Assembly: GCF_963921235.1 (NCBI RefSeq)
Contig: NC_086097.1
Span: 7,130,001-7,194,000 of the forward strand
Reading direction: 5' to 3'
Source of the DNA: Mobula hypostoma
Taxonomy: Eukaryota
Length of the DNA stretch: 64,000 bases
Each line of letters opens with the position of its first letter. Within the stretch, counting starts at the first letter, position 1. Positions 37,117-49,660 of the stretch are shown in pieces. Position numbers and translations under genes: made by a program. Under the pieces are notes generated by a model that saw only the letters and a list, made by a program, of their open reading frames with translations, searched no databases and was not told the origin of the DNA.

Positions 37117-37314
37117 ATTGAAACCTTTGATTTTGATAAATTGAAAACATTCACAGGGAGGTAAAATATATCTGGGAGGTGATAAGTTTCTCGTGGTGTA
37201 TTTCTTTAAGTAATGAATCTCGTGATTTTGGGCAGAAACTGACCATGGCCCATTTTCTGCAAAATGTTCATCAGCGGGCTCCAGGAACACTCCCTCAGTT
37301 AAAGGCCTGAGGAT
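37117..37314 (-). CDS. Candidate internal exon (198 nt, phase 0-0) of an unidentified host gene: ILRPLTEGVFLEPADEHF...RYILPPCECFQFIKIKGFN
   Basis: Lies in non-repetitive sequence. Acceptor ...CTTAATGCACAACATCTTCAG| and donor AAT|GTAAGA. Only one open frame, 66 codons. Confidence 0.5.
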
Positions 37315-37499
37315 CTGAAGATGTTGTGCATTAAGCTTCATGTTGGTAATTGTGTGCAGTTACTACCTCAGACAAGACGAAAGTAAGGGTAAGGATCAGG
37401 TACTAGGCTATTGTGGATATCTATTGACCATCTTTGATGCTTTAGCTTTGAGAGGAGCCTGCTGCCCTCTTATAGGGGTAAAGTCAATACCATCATCCT

Positions 37500-37945
37500 A
37501 TAAAACCAAAAGATCATATGATATTAGAATAGAATTAGGCTATTTGACCCATCTGTCAACTCCACCATTTCATCATGGCTGATCCAATTTTCCTTTCAGC
37601 CCAATCTCCAATCCTCACGTCCCTTCATGCCCTGTCCAGTTAAAAATCTATCAATCTCTGTCCTAATTATACATAAAGACTTGTCCTCCACTACCTCCTA
37701 TGACAAAGAATTCCACAGATTCACCACCATCTGGCTAAAGAAATTCCTCTTCATCACCTTTCTAAAAGGATGTGCCTCTATTCTGAGGCTGTGTCCTCTG
37801 ATCTTAGACTTCCCCACCATAGGAAACATCCTCTCCACATCCACTCTGTCAAGGCCTTTCAACATTCGATAGGTTTTGATGAGGTCATGCCTCATGCTTC
37901 CGAATTCCAGTGAATACAGACCCAGAGCCATCAGACAGTCTTCAT
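37500..37945 (-). mobile_element. CR1 3' fragment
   Basis: LGLYSLEF...YRMLKGLDRVD...NFFSQMVVNLWNSL in ORF 37698..38147. Confidence 0.85.
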
Positions 37946-38429
37946 ATATCCTCTCAGTATTCATCTCCAAGCTTCTAAGCCTGAGCCTCTGTACCTCCCA
38001 ATGCAAATGAACCCGGAGTTTCCTTGTCTGGAGACCGCAGTTGGTATATTTTCTGCCTATAATGCCACTGTCATTTAGGGCAGCAATGAAGGCCCTCCAC
38101 CTGTGTTGTCCAGTGCCACTGCAGGCAGGTGTAGAAGGATTCTTCATTGCTGCTTCTGTAACTATTTTTTTTTGACCATTCAGAGTTGTTGGCCCTGATC
38201 TGAGCTCCCGAAGCTAGAGGACCAGTGGACCATTAGCCTCTACCCTTTGAACTGTTTGGCATGGTTGAACCAACCAGGAGCCAAAGCACAAGACCCTGAC
38301 TCTTGCCAACATAGCCCTCTGGACCACTGAGACAGGCAAGCCACCAAACCCTACGACAAGATTGTGGTCCTCTTGGAGGACAGTCAGTATGGATTGGTAA
38401 TAACATCTCCTCCTCAATGATAGTTAATA

Positions 38430-39800
38430 TAGGCATGTCTCAAAGCTGTGTGCTTAACCCATTGCTCTATTCTTTCTACACTCAGGACTGCATGGCTAAG
38501 CACAGATCAAATGCCATCAGTAAATTTACAGATGTCACCAGGTCACGATGAGGAGGCCCTCAGGAGTGAGATAAACTGGTTGAGTGCAGTAGTGATAATA
38601 TCTCATTCAACACTAGCAAGACCAAGGAATCAGTTGGAAGGACATGCACCAGTCCTCACTGAAGGGTCTTTGATGGAAAGGATGAGGATCGTGAAGCATC
38701 TGCTGGGCCTAACACATTGATGCAATCATGAAGAAGACATGCCAGTGGCTCTGTTTTGTCAGGAGTTTGAGGCAATTTGGTACGTCACCAAAGACTCTCA
38801 CAAGTTTCTATAGACTCAGCCAGCTCCATCACAACCACAACACTCCGCTCCATCAAAGACATCTTTAAGAAGCAGTGCGACAAGAAAACTGCATCCATCA
38901 TTAAGCCCCTTCACCATCTGACACATGCCCTCTTCTCTTTCCTGTCCTTATGACCCACACTCAGCTTCTTCCTCACCATCATCAGATCTTGGAATGGTCA
39001 TGAACACTACCTTGTTACTCCTGATTTTGTACGATTTATTTGTTTTGTAATTTATATTAATTTTATATCTCCATACTGTACTGCTGACACGAAACACCAA
39101 ATTTCACATCAACACACACAAAATGTTGGAGGAACTCAGCGGGTCAGACAGCATTTCTAGAATCTGAATGGAGAGGAGTGTAGACTACAGGAGAAAGGGA
39201 ATGAGGAGGGGACCTGGGGGAAGTGATCAGCAGGTGAGAGAGGTAAAAGGTCAGAGTGGCCTGTTCTGACCTGTCAGTCCGCGGTCACCTCTTGTGCCAA
39301 GATGAGGCCACCCTCGGTGTAGGAGAGGAGCAACACCTTATATTCTTTCTGAGTATCCTCCATCCTGATAGCATGAATATAATTTTCTCCTTCAGATAAA
39401 AATGGTTCCCTCCCCCTCCCAGCTTCTTCTATTTTCTGCTCTGGCCTTTTACCTCTTCTCACCTGCCTATGACTTCCCTCGCTTCCCTTTTTCCTATGGT
39501 CCACTCTCTTCCCCTATCAGATTTCTTTTTCTCGAGCCCTTTACCTTTCCCACCCACCAGGCTTTATCTTTCACTTTCTAGCTATCCTTCTCCCCACCAC
39601 CTACCTTTTTATTCTCGCAGCTACCCTCTTCCTTTCCAATCCGAAGCAGCCCAAAATGCTGACTGATTATTCATTTCCACAGATGATGCTTGGCCTGCTG
39701 AGTTTCTCCAGCATTTCATGTCTGTTGCTTTGGATTTCCAGCATCTGCAGACTTTCTCATATTTATAATTTCACGTCAAAAAGACAGTAATAATAAACCT
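38430..39800 (+). mobile_element. Old Rex1-like LINE 3' fragment with an inverted Penelope pair inserted in its 3' UTR (39113-39766)
   Basis: GCVL.PLL-like and FVRSLRQFG remnants. The Penelope pair has TSD AATTTCAC[A/G]TCAA at 39100-39112 and 39767-39779. Confidence 0.75.
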
Positions 39801-40129
39801 GAATTTGATTCGGACTCCATTTAAATGAAATTGATATTGGAACCTGGTCCCTTTAATGAAACAGAGATCAGTAATAACCAATAGAGTTCCTCATATCTGC
39901 TCTGTTCTCTCCATTGTTGAATATTTTGATCAATCCTCCATTCAACATTACAAGCAATATTAAAAGGAAAATACCACAGATGTTAGAAATTCGAAATAAG
40001 ATTGCATGTGCTGGAGGAGATAATGAGAAAGATTAAAAGCAAATTTACTGCAGGTGTCAGAAATCTGAGGTAAATTTGCACATGCTGTAGGATGTTAAAA
40101 GAAAGGTTAACAGCAAAAATCCTGCAGAT

Positions 40130-40840
40130 CAGAATCAGAGTCAGGTTTATTATCATTGGTATGTGTTGTGAAATTTGTTAACTTAGTAGCAAAAGTTCAA
40201 TGCAATACAGAATATAGAAAAAAATAAGTAAAACAAGAAAATAAATAAGTATGCATATGTATATTGAATAGATCAAAAAGTGCAAAAACAGAAATAATAT
40301 ATATTAAGAAAAAAGTGAGCTCGTTTTCATGGGGTTCAATGTCAACTTAGGAATTGTATTGCAGAGGGGGAGGAGCTGGTTTTGAATTACTGCGTATATG
40401 CCTTCAGACTTCTGTATCTGCTTCCTGACGGTAACCATGACAAAAGGGCATGCCCTGGTTGATGGGGGTCCGTAATAATAGACAACACCTTTCTGGGGCA
40501 TTGCTTCTTGAAGATATTTTGGGTACTACAGAGGCCAGCACCCAAGATGGAGCTGACTAATTGTACAACTTTCTGTAGCTTCTTTTGGTCTTTTGCAGTA
40601 GCACCTCCCCCGCCCCCACCACCCAAAACCAGACAGTGATGCAGCCTGTTAGAATGCTCTGCATGGTACATCTATAGAAGTTTTTGAGTGCTTTAGTTGA
40701 TAAACCAAATGTCTTCAAACTCCTAATGAAATACAGCTGCTGTCTCGCCTTCTTTATAGCTGCATTGATATCTTGGGACCAGGTTAAATCTTCAAAGATC
40801 TTGACACCCAGGAACTCGGAATTGTTCACTCCCTCCATTT
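40130..40840 (-). mobile_element. Rex1/Babar-like LINE 3' fragment
   Basis: FLGVKIFEDLTWSQD...LYFIRSLKTFG...FYRCT..SILTGCITVW; (CTGATT)-type tail. Confidence 0.85.
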
Positions 40841-41122
40841 CAACTCAAGTCAAGTCACTTTTTATTGTCATTTCGACCATAACTGCTGGTGCAGTACGAA
40901 GTAAAAATGAGACAACGTCTGCTGTAGACCTATGGTGGCGATAGGCATATTGCAGATCCAGGTGTTGATTCTATTTATGACAAACCTCTCAAAGCATATC
41001 ATCACCGAAGATGTGAGTGTTACTGGGTGACAGTCATTAAGGCAGCTCACACTAATCTTCTTAGGCACTGGTAATTGTTGCCTTTTTGAAACAAGTTGAA
41101 CTTCCAACCATAACAGTCAGAG

Positions 41123-42193
41123 TGTCATGGTCCGGACTGTGAAGTCCACATTCCGGTTCACTGTCCGGTCTATTGTCCCTTATTCCAGGTTTTCCAGCTT
41201 TCCCTTGTCCTGTTGTGTGCCTTAATTGCGGCCCATGATTCCCATTTTGGGCTGGGTACATAAACAGCTCCTGGGTTCAGCTTCAGTTGCTGGACTGTTC
41301 CCTTCCCTTCCTTCGCCTGAAGCCTCGCCTGCTACCTTCGCCTGTGTTCTCGCCTGTAACGCCATCAGGTTCAACTGCCAGGGCAAGATCGGGACCTTGC
41401 TGTGTCTAGATAAAGAACTGCCTTTCGTTGTTTGGAACTGTCTCTTTGTGTACTCGCCTTCGCTAGGTGGGTCTGGCCGTTTGCTGCTACCTTGAATTGA
41501 GAACTGTCTCTGTGTCCACGCCTTCGTTAGGTAGGTCCGGCCGTTGCCGCTACATTGTGTTGGGAACTGTTTCTTTGTGCCCTCGCCTCTGCTGGGTAGG
41601 TCCGGACGTTTGCCACTACCTTGAGTGAAGATATGTCTCTCAGTGTTCTGCGTATGAGTCCCGGCCCTAAGTCCAGCTCCCAAAGGACAGTCCTGGCTCT
41701 GTGTTCCATGTCCTGTTCTCAAGGCCAAGGCTCTGCGTTCCTGTTCTCCCTCGACCTAGGATCTGCATTCCTGTTCTCCCTCGACCAAGCCAAGGCTTTG
41801 TGTTCTCATCCTGTGGCCTAGGCACGTCCAGTCCTGTGGACTAGGCACATCCAGTCCTGTAGCCTAGCCACGTCCAGTCCTGTAGCCATGTCTTGTCCTT
41901 GCCTGGATCCGGGGTCCGAGCCCTAGTCAAAACTCAGAGTCCAGGTCCCTGTCCAGTCTCTGGCTCGGAGTCCTTGTCCAGATTCCAAGTTCCTTGTTCC
42001 TCGTCCAGGTCCCGCTTTCCTAGTCTAGTCCTAGTCCAGGCCCTGTATCCTAGTCTCATCCAGGGCCTGTGTCTTGTCCAGCGTCATTTCTTCCCCATTT
42101 CCCTTGCTTGCTTGACTCACCTAATCCTGTTCCTAGTACTTCAGTGGCTGGTTCTTGCATTTGGGTCTGTCCCCAGCACCCCCAGTTATGACA
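41123..42193 (+). mobile_element. Solo LTR (or non-autonomous LTR element), 1071 bp, with internal minisatellites
   Basis: TGTCAT...ATGACA termini; perfect 5-bp TSD CAGAG (41118-41122 and 42194-42198); tandem units of about 65, 30 and 21-23 bp. Confidence 0.88.
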
Positions 42194-42717
42194 CAGAGGT
42201 TTAAAATATCCTTGAATACTCCCGCTAGTTGGTTGGCACAAGTTTTCAGAGCCTTACCAGGAACTCTATCAGAGCCCGGCACTTTGTGAGGGTTCGTCCT
42301 CCTTAAAGACAACCTAACATCATCCTCCGAGACAGATATCACAGGGTCACCAGGAGTGGCAGGGGTCTTCACAGCTGCAGTTATGTTCTTCACAGTGGGC
42401 ACAGAAGGCATTGAGCTCATCTGGGAGTGAAACATCGCTGCCATTCATGTTATTGGGTTTCGCCTTGTAGGAAGTAATGTCTTGCAAATCCTGCCAGAGT
42501 TGATGTGCTTCCGATGTTGCCTCTATCCTCATTTGGAATTGTCTCTTCCTTCTTGAAGTACCCCTCCGCAAGTCATATCTGGTTTTCTTGTACAGACTTG
42601 GGCCACCAGACTTAAATGCCACAGATCTAGCCATCAGCAGGCAATGTACCTCATGGTTCATCCAGGGCTTTTGGTTTGGGAATGTACAGCAAGTATTTGG
42701 ATGCACACACTCATCCA

Positions 42718-43031
42718 AATGTGGGCACGTGGCCAAGTGGTTAAGGCATTTGACTAGCGATCTGCAGGTCATGAGATCGAGCTCCAGCCAAGGCAGCATG
42801 TTGTGTCCTTGAGCAAGGCACTTCATCCCACGTTGCTCTGCGATGACACTGGTGGCAAGCTGTATGGGTCCTAATGCCCTTCCCTTGGACAACATTGGTG
42901 TCATGGAGAGGGGAGACTTGCAGCATGGGCAACTGCTGGTCTTCCATACAATCTTGCCCAGGCCTGCACCCTAGAGAGTGAGGACTTTCCAGGCGCAGAT
43001 CCATAGTCTCGCAAGACTAACGGATGCCTTT
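42718..43031 (+). mobile_element. tRNA-headed SINE with an RTE-like 3' end
   Basis: A box TGGCCAAGTGG, B-box-like GAGATCGAGCTC, GTGTCCTTGAGCAAGGCACTT block and tail CCATAGTCTCGCAAGACTAACGG. 11-bp TSD ACACTCATCCA (42707-42717 and 43032-43042). Confidence 0.85.
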
Positions 43032-44039
43032 ACACTCATCCATACACACAAGTTTTAATGAAGTTGGTAAGAATTGCAGCATACGCATCCAGATTCGAAG
43101 ATGAATCCCTGAATACAGTCCAGTCCACCGATTCAAAAGAGTCCTGTAAGCGCTCCTGTGCTTCCCTCGTCCTTTTTGGTCCTCACTACTGGTGCTGCAG
43201 TCTTTAGTCTCTGCCGATACTCAGGGTGTAGAAGAACAGCCAGGTGATCAGACTTCCCGAAGGGAGGGTGTGGAATAGCACGGTAGGCCTTCTTGATGGT
43301 GGTGTAACAATGGTCCAGTGTGTTGTTTCCCTTCGTATTACAAGTGATTTATTGATGGTAATTATTTAGTGACTTTTTTCAAGCAGTCCTGGTTAAAATC
43401 CTCAAAAATGGCTGTTTCATGCAGGTTAATCACATTGCTCAGGTCATCTAAAGCCTGTTTGACATTGGCCTGAGGTGGGATGTGCACCACTACAAAAATG
43501 ATTGCAGAAATCTCCCACGGCAGGTGAAATGGACGGCACTTAATTGCGAGATATTCCAGGTCTGGTGAGCAGAAATGGGACAGCACTGATACATTTGTGC
43601 AACAAGAGGAGTTGATCATGCGGCATACACATCCTCCTCTGCTTTTGAAAGACACGACAATCCCAATTGTCAGAAATCTGAAATAAAATGAGAAATGCTG
43701 TGGGAGATACCTGCCAAGTTGGGTACCATTTGTGGAGCCAGAACCAAAGTTAACAATTTAGGTTGTTGACCTTAAAACCATTGATCTCCCCCCAGCATTT
43801 ATCCTTGCAAGTGGAACAAGTGCGGCACCTGTCTCTACGCCTCCACCCTCACAACCATTCAGAGCCCCAAACAGACCCTCCAAGTGAGGTTCTTATGCCT
43901 TTCCATTAGGTAGCGTGAACTCATCCACTCTGGGTTTGTGGAAGACAAATTTGATAATCTTCCTAATCGTATATTACAAGGAGCAGTGAAGTGGATGAGA
44001 GATTTAGATGCCCTGCTCCCATATGGATGAACAATCAAA

Positions 44040-44375
44040 AAGTGGCATCCATCATTAAGGACCCCCATCACCCAGGCCATGCCATCTTCTCATTGCTACC
44101 ATCAAGGAGAAGGGACAGGAGCCTGAAGACACACACTCAGTGTTTTTCAGGAACAGTTTCTTTTTCTCCTCCATAAGATTTCTGAATGAACCCATATCTG
44201 CTACCACACTATTTTGTTTTCTTCTTTTTGGTCTCTTTTTACACTACTTACTTAATTTTGTTTTTATATACATTTCTTATTGTAAAGGATAATTCCCTAT
44301 TATGTGTTGCATTGTACTGCTGCCACAAAACAACAACTTTCATGACATATGCTGGTGATACTAAACCTGATTCTG
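44040..44375 (+). mobile_element. Rex1-like LINE 3' end
   Basis: ASIIKDPHHPGHAIFSLLPSRRR; tail CTGATTCTGA. Confidence 0.75.
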
Positions 44376-44534
44376 AAGAGACTGAAACATATTTTTTCCT
44401 GATTTGTAAGAGAAAGTGGATTACAAACAGGAGCAAATTGTTTAATTGCACCCAACTCTAGCTCAGCACTGACTAGGCCATAAGGTTGATTTTCAGGATG
44501 GTTTTATGGACAAAAACGTAGCATAAACCTTAAC

Positions 44535-45207
44535 GCACTCAAAATGCTGGAGGAACGAGCAGGCTGGGCAGCATCTATGGAAAAAAACACGATCGACGTT
44601 TTGGGCCGAAGCCCTTCAGCAGGACTGGAGAGATAAAAAAGCTAGATTTGAAAGGTGGGGGTGGGGAGGGGAGAGAGAACCACCAGGTGATAGGTGAAAC
44701 CTGGAGGGGGAGAGATGAAGTAAAGAGCTGGGAAGTTAATTGGTGAAAGAGACGGAAGGCCATGAAAGAAAGAAAATTGGAGAGGGGGGCAGGAGCACCA
44801 GAAGGAGGTGATGTGCAGGCAAGGAGATAACATGAGAGAAGAAAAAGGGGATGGGAAATGACGATGCGGGGGGGTGGGGGTGAGGCATTACTGGAAGTTC
44901 AAGAAATCAAAGTTCATGCCATCAGGTTGGCGGCCACCAAAACGGAATATAAGGTGTTGTTCCTCCAGTCTAAGTGTGGCCTTATCCTGACAGTGGAGGA
45001 GGCCATGGTGGACATATCAGAATGGGAATGGGAAGTGGAATTAAAATGGGTGGCCACTGGGATATACCTCTTGTTCTGGCGGACAGAGCGTAGATGCTTG
45101 GCAAAATGGTCTCCTAATCTATGCCGGGTCTCACCGATATACAGGAGGCCACAACGGGAGTACCGAACACAGTCTATGACCCCAACAGACTCACAGGTGA
45201 AGTGTTT
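44535..45207 (-). mobile_element. Penelope-like 3' fragment with GIY-YIG domain and degenerate hammerhead
   Basis: ORF 44914..45219 GVIDCVRYSRCGLLYIGETRHRLGDHF; hammerhead-like motif at 44590-44628. Confidence 0.85.
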
Positions 45208-46594
45208 GGAAGAGAGCAACTGAAATTTAACTTAATAATCAGAAACAAAACCCATTCACAATCCCAATCCAAGGGGAAATAACATCCATAAAGTCAAAAG
45301 TTCAAAGTTCCCTTATTATCTGAGTATGTATACATTATACAACATTGAGTTTCATCTCCTTGCGGGCAGCCGGAAAATAAAGAAATCCAAGAAAAACACA
45401 TTAAAAAGAAGGGGACCATCAACACCCAGCGTGCGGAGACAACAAAACAAATCATGCAAACCTAAAAGCAGACAAATAACATTCGGATCTGAAGTCCATG
45501 AGAGTCCTTTCACAGCCACGAAGTTCGGCGCAGAGCTCAGTAAACACCGCAGAGCAGACAGCTGAACCTGCCCGTCCTTTGCCTCAGGCGCCCACACCCT
45601 GACCTTTTCAGTTTGGCCCGGCGCTTGAATTGTCCAAACATCGGGCCGAATTAACTGATGCAGGCCTGTTTTAAGCAAATGACATTCAAAGCCGTTAACT
45701 TGTAAAACGGGCTTGCTGTGCCTTTCAGCCAAGAGAAAGGGGACTTAGTTTAAAGCATTCTGTGAAGAGAGGGATCAATTCCTGTTTGAGCAAGCATGCC
45801 AAAGCGCAAGGGCAGGGTGCCAAGGAACAAATGAGAGGACCATGTTCCTGAACAGCAACATGAACCAGTGGGGTAACATGGCCTTTGTTCTTCCAAAACT
45901 TATACGTCCAAGCACAATTCTACTTTAAGAAAAAGAAGCAGTTGTTGATGACTGAGGCCAAACGATTATGCACGGAAAATAATGTATGAACAATTCTTAG
46001 TTACTGGCTTGTTTATTTTTCTGCGAAGGTGTTGAGAGGGGACTAGATGTTTTGACAGAGATTACCACGATTGCAGTCTGAATGCTGTGACCAGCCTATC
46101 TTGGATCTCCCAAACTGCAATCAATTTACTTGCTGCTCATGGAGTTGCAAAGCATTTAATGAATCTGAATGTGACCAACAGATATTTTTTTCATTACACG
46201 TGGAGACTGTGCCCAAAATTCTTTTGACAAAACAGGAAATAAAAAGTGGGAGAGTTGCCAGCTTCTTCGCAGTCAACTGACCAGCTGACAAATCTTGCCT
46301 GGCGTGCTCTTTAATGTCTGATTTCTAAGAATGTAACTGAATTTCAGTCTGCCAGCAGACATTCTTGAATTTATTGTTGTGAAATAGGTTTCCTCCCTAG
46401 AGTATTTCAGTATTGTAGTGGAATTGGTATGAGTAGGTTGTGGGTGGGTGAGGGGGTATGGGCGGAGGTGAGAAGACAAAGTGTTGGTCAGTGTTTGTTG
46501 TTGGAGATGAAGCATGGTAGTTCATAAATGGTGGGAAGAAGAGATACCGGTTTCTATCAACAAGACATGGGATAACTCAGTGCTTGAAAAATGT

Positions 46595-47260
46595 AACAGA
46601 ATCGTTTAATATCACTGGCATATGATGTGAAATTTGTTGTTTTACAGCAGGGGTACACTGCAATACATAAGAATAAAAAAATCTATAAACTACAGTAAGA
46701 AATAAACATAAAAATTAAATTAAATAAGTAGTGTGAAAAGGGATTTTAAAAACTTTGAGGTAGTGTTAATGGGTCCATTGTCCATTTGGAAATCTGATTG
46801 CAGAGGGGAAGAAGCTGTTCCTAAAGTGTTGAGAGTGTGTCTTCGGGCTCCTTTATCTCCTCCTTAATGGTAGCAATGTGAAGAAGGGCATGTGCTGGGT
46901 GATGGGGGTCCTTAATGATGGATGCCGCCTTATTGAACCATCACCTTTCAAAGATGTGTTTGATGCTGGGGAGGCTATTGCCAATGATGGAGCTGGTTGA
47001 GTTCTGCAGCTTTTTCTGATTCTGTGCAGTGGCCCCTCCATACCAGACGGTGATGCAACCCGTTAGAATGCCCTCCAAAGTACATCTGTAGAAATTTGCC
47101 AGAGTCCTTGGTGACATACTGAGTCTCCTCAAACCCCTAATGACAGGCAACTGCTGTCGTGCCTTCTTTGTAATTACATTAATATGTTGGGCCCAGGATA
47201 GATCTTCAGAGATGTGGAGGCCCAGTGCTCACCCTTTCCACTGCTGATCTCTTAACTTCC
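46595..47260 (-). mobile_element. Rex1-like LINE 3' fragment
   Basis: RGLRRLSMSPRTLANFYRCTLEGILTGCITVWYG. Confidence 0.8.
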
Positions 47261-48635
47261 CTTCCTGAAGTCCATATTCAATGTCTTGGTTCTTTTGATC
47301 ACCCAATTCTCTTTTGTTTCTACACAGTGAAGTGTCATTTTTCACTTTTGGGTCAAATTATGCCATTCACAAAAATGGACAGACTGCCTTTGGTTACAGC
47401 CCAAGTAAAGTCAATTGCCAATGAAAATCAACAACACTGTAAAGGCTGGAACGTTAAACTGAAAAACAGAAAATGCTGGTACCACTCAGCTCATCGGGCA
47501 GCATATTTGGAAGGAGTGATGGAGTTAAAACTTCAGACTGTGACCCTTCAGCAAAAACTGGAAATGAAAGAAAACAAGTTTATTTTAAGTTGCAGAGGTG
47601 AGGAGAGAATGAGTAGGACAAAGGGAATGTGTTTGAAAGGGCAGGACAAGGATGCTGCTGTGATATAAAGACACAAGAGACTTACAGATGCTGGAATCTG
47701 GAGCACCAAACCAGATGCTGGAGGAAATGAGCATGTGAGCCAGCATCCGTGGAGAGAAATGAAGCATTGTTGAGGATCCTTCCCATCCATCCCACAACCT
47801 CTCTGGCCCATTACCATCAGAAAGAAGGTAAGGATCATCAGGACTAGAGCTGACAGACTGGGTAACAGCTTCTTCCCTCAGGCTGTGAGGCTAATAAATA
47901 CCCTGCCAACACTGAGGTCTCGTCACTTGGACAGCGAACTGTTTACTGTTTACCTGACTGCACACTTCATGCACTTTGAATTATATTTTATTAACTTATT
48001 TCTGGTAATATTTTGCTTTTTGTGCTGTGTGTGACATATGTTTTGTGGGTGCACTGTGGCCTAGAGGAATGCTGTTTCGTTTGGTTGTATATATGTACAT
48101 ACAGATAATAATCAACTTGAACTTGATGTTTTGAATTTAGACCCTTCATCTCGACTTGTTCACCAAACTTCATGTGGGCCAGGTGAAGGGACTCAGTCTA
48201 AAACATCAGCTACCACTTTCCTTCCCATTTATGCCAGATCAAATGAATTCCTCCAGCTGCTTGTTTGTTGTAATGTTGATATGAGAGAGGGCTCCACTGG
48301 TTAGGATTGACCAAGGATATTGCATCCCAGCTGTCTATGTTCAAAGTACAAACCAGAGCAGTACGATATGGAGAGTAAGCTGCTGTCCATGTAACAGACA
48401 TCCCCTCTCAAAATAGGCGATGAATTGAAAGGAAAGGCAGGGATCCATACAGTTTGGCATCATCAGCGTCACAGGGGTTGCCATTCAGCATTGAACACAA
48501 TGTAGGACTGCCTTAGGGACTGCAATTTTCCCTTGGAGTTTACTCCGGAGCCTTCCCCGTGAGTGGGTATAGCAGCAAGTTATCAGAGTTTGAGATCAAA
48601 GTTTTCCTTCTCCAATGCTGATATATGTTCAGAGT

Positions 48636-49575
48636 GGCATGGTAGTGTAGTGGCTAGCATAATGCTTTACAGTACAGTTGACCCGGATCGAACCCTACTG
48701 CTGAGTGCAAGGAATTTGTATGTTCTTCCAGTGACCATGTGGGTGTCCTCCCAGTGTTGCAGTTTCCTCTCATAGTCCAAAGACCATTTGGTAGGCTGAT
48801 TGGTCATTACATAGAAACATAGAAACATAGGAAATAGGGCAGGAGTAGGCCATTCGGCCCTTTGAGCCTGCACCGCTATTCAATATGATCATGGCTGATC
48901 ATCCAACTTAGAACCATGTACCTGCCTTCTCTCCATACCCCCTGATCCCTTTAGCCACAAGGGCCATATCTAACTCCCTCTTAAATATAGCCAATGAACT
49001 GGCCTCAACTGTTTCCTGTGGCAGAGAATTCCACAGATTCACCACTCTCTGTGTGAAGAAGTTTTCCTCATCTCGGTCCTAAAAGGCTTCCCCTTTATCC
49101 TCAAACTGTGACCCCTCGTTCTGGACTTCCCAACATCGAGAACAATCTTCCTGCATCTAGCCTGTCCAATCCCTTTAGGATTTTATACGTTTCAATAAGA
49201 TCCCCCCTCAATCTTCTAAATTCCAGAGAGTATAAGCCTAGTCGATCCAGTCTTTCATCATATGAAAGTCCTGCCATCCCAGAAATCAATCTGGTGAACC
49301 TTCTTTGTACTCCCTCTATGGCAAGAATGTCCTTCCTCAGATTAAGGGACCAAAACTGCACACAATACTCCAGGTGTGATCTCACCAAGGCCTTGTACAA
49401 CTGCAGTAGTACCTCCCTGCTCCTGTACTCGAATCCTCTTGCTATGAATGCCAGCATACCATTTGTCATTGTAAATTTCCTGTGATTAGACTAGGATTAA
49501 ATCGGGAGGTTGCTGGGTGGTGTGGTTTGAAGGGCCGAAAGGGCCAACTCCGTGCTCTATCTCAATATCTATTAA
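48636..49575 (+). mobile_element. HE1/V-SINE-like SINE split by a young CR1 insertion
   Basis: Head GGCATGGTAGTGTAGTGGCTAGC and core to ...TTGGTCATT (48808); resumes GTCATTGTAAATT at 49465. Confidence 0.78.
48809..49463 (-). mobile_element. Young CR1 3' fragment (same subfamily as 17664-20762)
   Basis: GMLAFIARGFEYRSREVLLQLYKALV... nearly identical to the intact copy; (TTTCTATG)n tail. Confidence 0.92.
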
Positions 49576-49597
49576 AAAATTTGACGTATTAATAGGA

Positions 49598-49601
49598 CAG
49601 A

Positions 49602-49652
<51 letters not shown>

Positions 49653-49660
49653 TGAGAGAG
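49598..49660 (+). repeat. Compound (GT)n(GA)n microsatellite
   Basis: Direct inspection. Confidence 0.95.

Larger units (their letters stand above)
40920..43660 (-). mobile_element. Degenerate Rex1/Babar-like LINE (APE + 5' RT) hosting a solo LTR and a SINE
   Basis: CSPDLEYLAIKCRPFHLP, FPNQKPWMN and VPKK..SCLND.HPV.LTS..M.CFER fragments. Confidence 0.82.

Noticed and set aside
42718..42795. tRNA gene
   Set aside because: A/B boxes belong to a SINE head with a TSD and an RTE-like tail; no complete cloverleaf.
42850..42955. GGGCAAC and a TGTATGG/CCATACA pairing in the tRNA-headed SINE, reminiscent of an HDV core
   Set aside because: No UCC-type L3, no P4 after GCAA and no GCNAA J4/2; at most a relic.
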